Source: Synergistales bacterium
GTDB lineage: Bacteria > Synergistota > Synergistia > Synergistales > JAFGMB01
Direction: 5' to 3'
Assembly (NCBI GenBank): GCA_963666205.1
Contig: OY762654.1
Location: 2,112,001-2,176,000, forward strand
DNA length: 64,000 nucleotides
The notes below the pieces were generated by a model. The model searched no databases and was not told the origin of the DNA. It was given only the letters and a program-made list of their open reading frames with translations. The position numbers and the translations under genes were made by a program. Below are positions 62,080 to 64,000 of this stretch, piece by piece; positions within the stretch are counted from its first letter, which is position 1; the number at the start of each line of letters is the position of its first letter.

Positions 62080-62372
62080 TGCACATCTCTCCTTTTCTGA
62101 ATATTGCTATCTGAAATAAACCAGGTTTATTGACTTATGGTCTTTTTTTGAGAGTGAATAAATTCTTACATTCTGTAAATGATGCAGAAAATATTTTCCT
62201 GAAAATTACCTTATGGTATGTAAAAAGGTGGGAGAGAGTAAAACTCTGCAATAAATAATTTTAACATATCTGGTCTTGTCTGTTTTTCTGTAAAGTTTAT
62301 GGGGTGGCGATATAATGATCCTGGTTTTGCAGGTCCCTCAGGAGGAAGTTCTCGAGAACGGGCGGCCGCAGG

Positions 62373-63200
62373 TTGAAAATGTATGTAAATTCTAATGAAA
62401 CTATCAGAGTATTTTCTATACAGGATATGGAGAACCCGGACATGACGGATATGTTGACAAAAGAATTCCCGGTAAGGATATATGAGGTGGGGAAGGATGG
62501 AACTTTATCTTTTCCAGGACTTATGAATTTTTTTCAGGATGCGGCAACGGATCATGCCTGCATTCTTGGTGTGGGACTTCCACAGATCATCCCAAGGGGA
62601 ATGAGCTGGTTCATAACTCGATGCCATCTGAAAATTATCCGCTACCCGGAATATGGAGATATTCTGAAGATAAGGACCTGGCCGAAAGGACGCAAAAAGA
62701 TCTTCGCCTATCGGGATATTGAACTGAGCCTGGGTAATGAAATTATCGGGATCGGAAGCAGCGTATGGTGCCTCATAGACCTGAAAACCAAGAAGGTCCT
62801 GTCTCCTTCCAGGGTCCTGCCTGCCTTCGCAGAGAGAGACGAGGATGCCCTGAAAACGGATTTTCCTTCCATTCCATTGATAGAAACCTGTGACAGAGAG
62901 CTTGAATTCTATCCACGCAGATCTGAAATAGACCTAAATCAGCACGTGAATAATGTAGCCTACATGAATTGGGCTCTTGAAACAATTCCAGAAGGGTTAA
63001 CTGATGGATATATTCCTTCGGAAGTACAGATCTTTTTCAAAAAAGAAGCCAGAAGAGGGGACAGGATCCTGTCGAAGGTAAATATAATCGATGAAAAAGA
63101 TGTACTTGAAACCATTCACCTACTGGTTAATGAAAGCATGGATACAGAAGTTTTCAGACAGAAGATCAGGTGGACCAGGGATAGTCACAGGAAGATATGA
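62373..63200 (+). CDS. Acyl-ACP thioesterase (start uncertain)
   Basis: FQDAATDHA, IRTW, SEIDLNQHVNNVAY. Confidence 0.88.
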   Translation: MKMYVNSNETIRVFSIQDMENPDMTDMLTKEFPVRIYEVGKDGTLSFPGLMNFFQDAATDHACILGVGLPQIIPRGMSWFITRCHLKIIRYPEYGDILKIRTWPKGRKKIFAYRDIELSLGNEIIGIGSSVWCLIDLKTKKVLSPSRVLPAFAERDEDALKTDFPSIPLIETCDRELEFYPRRSEIDLNQHVNNVAYMNWALETIPEGLTDGYIPSEVQIFFKKEARRGDRILSKVNIIDEKDVLETIHLLVNESMDTEVFRQKIRWTRDSHRKI

Positions 63201-63212
63201 GGTAATGTATTT

Positions 63213-63998
63213 TCAGTTACCAGCGAGATTAACCCGAAGCCTGGCAAGGGGATAGAAAAGAGGTTCTTTTTTTCTGAATCCACAGATGTATCTGAAACCA
63301 AGTTTCTCCAGAAGTTCTGTTGTCTGGTCGAAATCTTTTCCAATATCTTCCGCCCTGTGGGCATCCGATCCGAGGGTGATTATTTCTCCACCAACTTCCC
63401 TGTAGCGGGATAGTATGATGCTGTCAGGATGGGCATGTCCCAGGCCATACCTGTAGCCTGAGCTATTAACCTCAAGTCCTGTGCCTTTTTCGACAGCCAG
63501 TTTGAGTATCTCATCGATAAGGTCCATGTGAAGATCGTAATCAAGTTCGCTATGATCTTTCCCGTAATGGTTCTTTCCGTACCGTTTTATGAAGTCCATA
63601 TGCCCAATTACTGAAAAACCGTCAAAAATCTTAAGGTTCTCATAGACAGACTGAAAATATATTCTGTGGGCCTCATCCTTCTGTTTCCCATCAAAATAAG
63701 TTTCGTCGAAGAAGTCCCCCCTGTCAGCGCAATGAATCGAGGCTATTATAAAATCCAGATGGGGGTCGGACAGCACATGGTCAAGGTCTCGGGCAAGATG
63801 CTGCTGTAACCCCAGTTCAAGACCTGTCCGGATGGACAGTTTCCCTTCCCATTTTTCCCTGTAAGTTTCAAGTATCTGAAAATAGCTGGGCAGGTCTATA
63901 TCAAATATTACCCGTTCACTTGGGAAATCAGGGTCAAGATGGTCTGTGAGGGCTATTTCCTGAAGTCCAAGATCGAAGGCATGCTGGAATATTTCATC
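63213..63998 (-). CDS. Histidinol-phosphatase HisJ-family PHP protein, 5' end outside window
   Basis: ALTDH, GLELG, SIH, GHMD, EVNSSG, GSDAH; frame open to the window edge. Confidence 0.88.
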   Translation of the reverse strand, partial: DEIFQHAFDLGLQEIALTDHLDPDFPSERVIFDIDLPSYFQILETYREKWEGKLSIRTGLELGLQQHLARDLDHVLSDPHLDFIIASIHCADRGDFFDETYFDGKQKDEAHRIYFQSVYENLKIFDGFSVIGHMDFIKRYGKNHYGKDHSELDYDLHMDLIDEILKLAVEKGTGLEVNSSGYRYGLGHAHPDSIILSRYREVGGEIITLGSDAHRAEDIGKDFDQTTELLEKLGFRYICGFRKKEPLFYPLARLRVNLAGN

Positions 63999-64000
63999 GA

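Noticed and set aside
61115-63940. GGGTCA hexamers at ~61118, 61201 and 63931
   Set aside because: They lie inside coding sequence and lack the CTTG tail; chance matches.

Overview
Bacterial chromosomal segment, very probably from a Synergistetes anaerobe: two proteins end in a Gly-rich/Cys/TM/basic Synergist-CTERM sorting signal, and a PFOR-type operon and TRAP transporters are present. No rRNA, tRNA, CRISPR array or intact transposase/integrase was seen. The right part (~37-64 kb) is ordinary metabolic content: DTD2-like deacylase, nitrilase, TRAP, nitroreductases, rsgA, porCDAB, P-type ATPase and a HisJ-family PHP. The region ~7.4-36.4 kb is an accessory patchwork of unrelated 1-6 gene modules, many encoding secreted or surface proteins. 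The modules are separated by about 11 same-strand copies of an intergenic AAAAT-GGGGTCA(A/G)nnCTTG site, several carrying an internal hairpin. Genes are broken at or next to these sites (a ydbC-like 5' stub, an IS30 5' stub, a flavoprotein 3' stub), and the same HD-domain gene recurs three times next to them. This suggests a site-delimited, cassette-like gene capture/shuffling region whose recombinase is not in the window (inference). All alignments and counts were done by eye.
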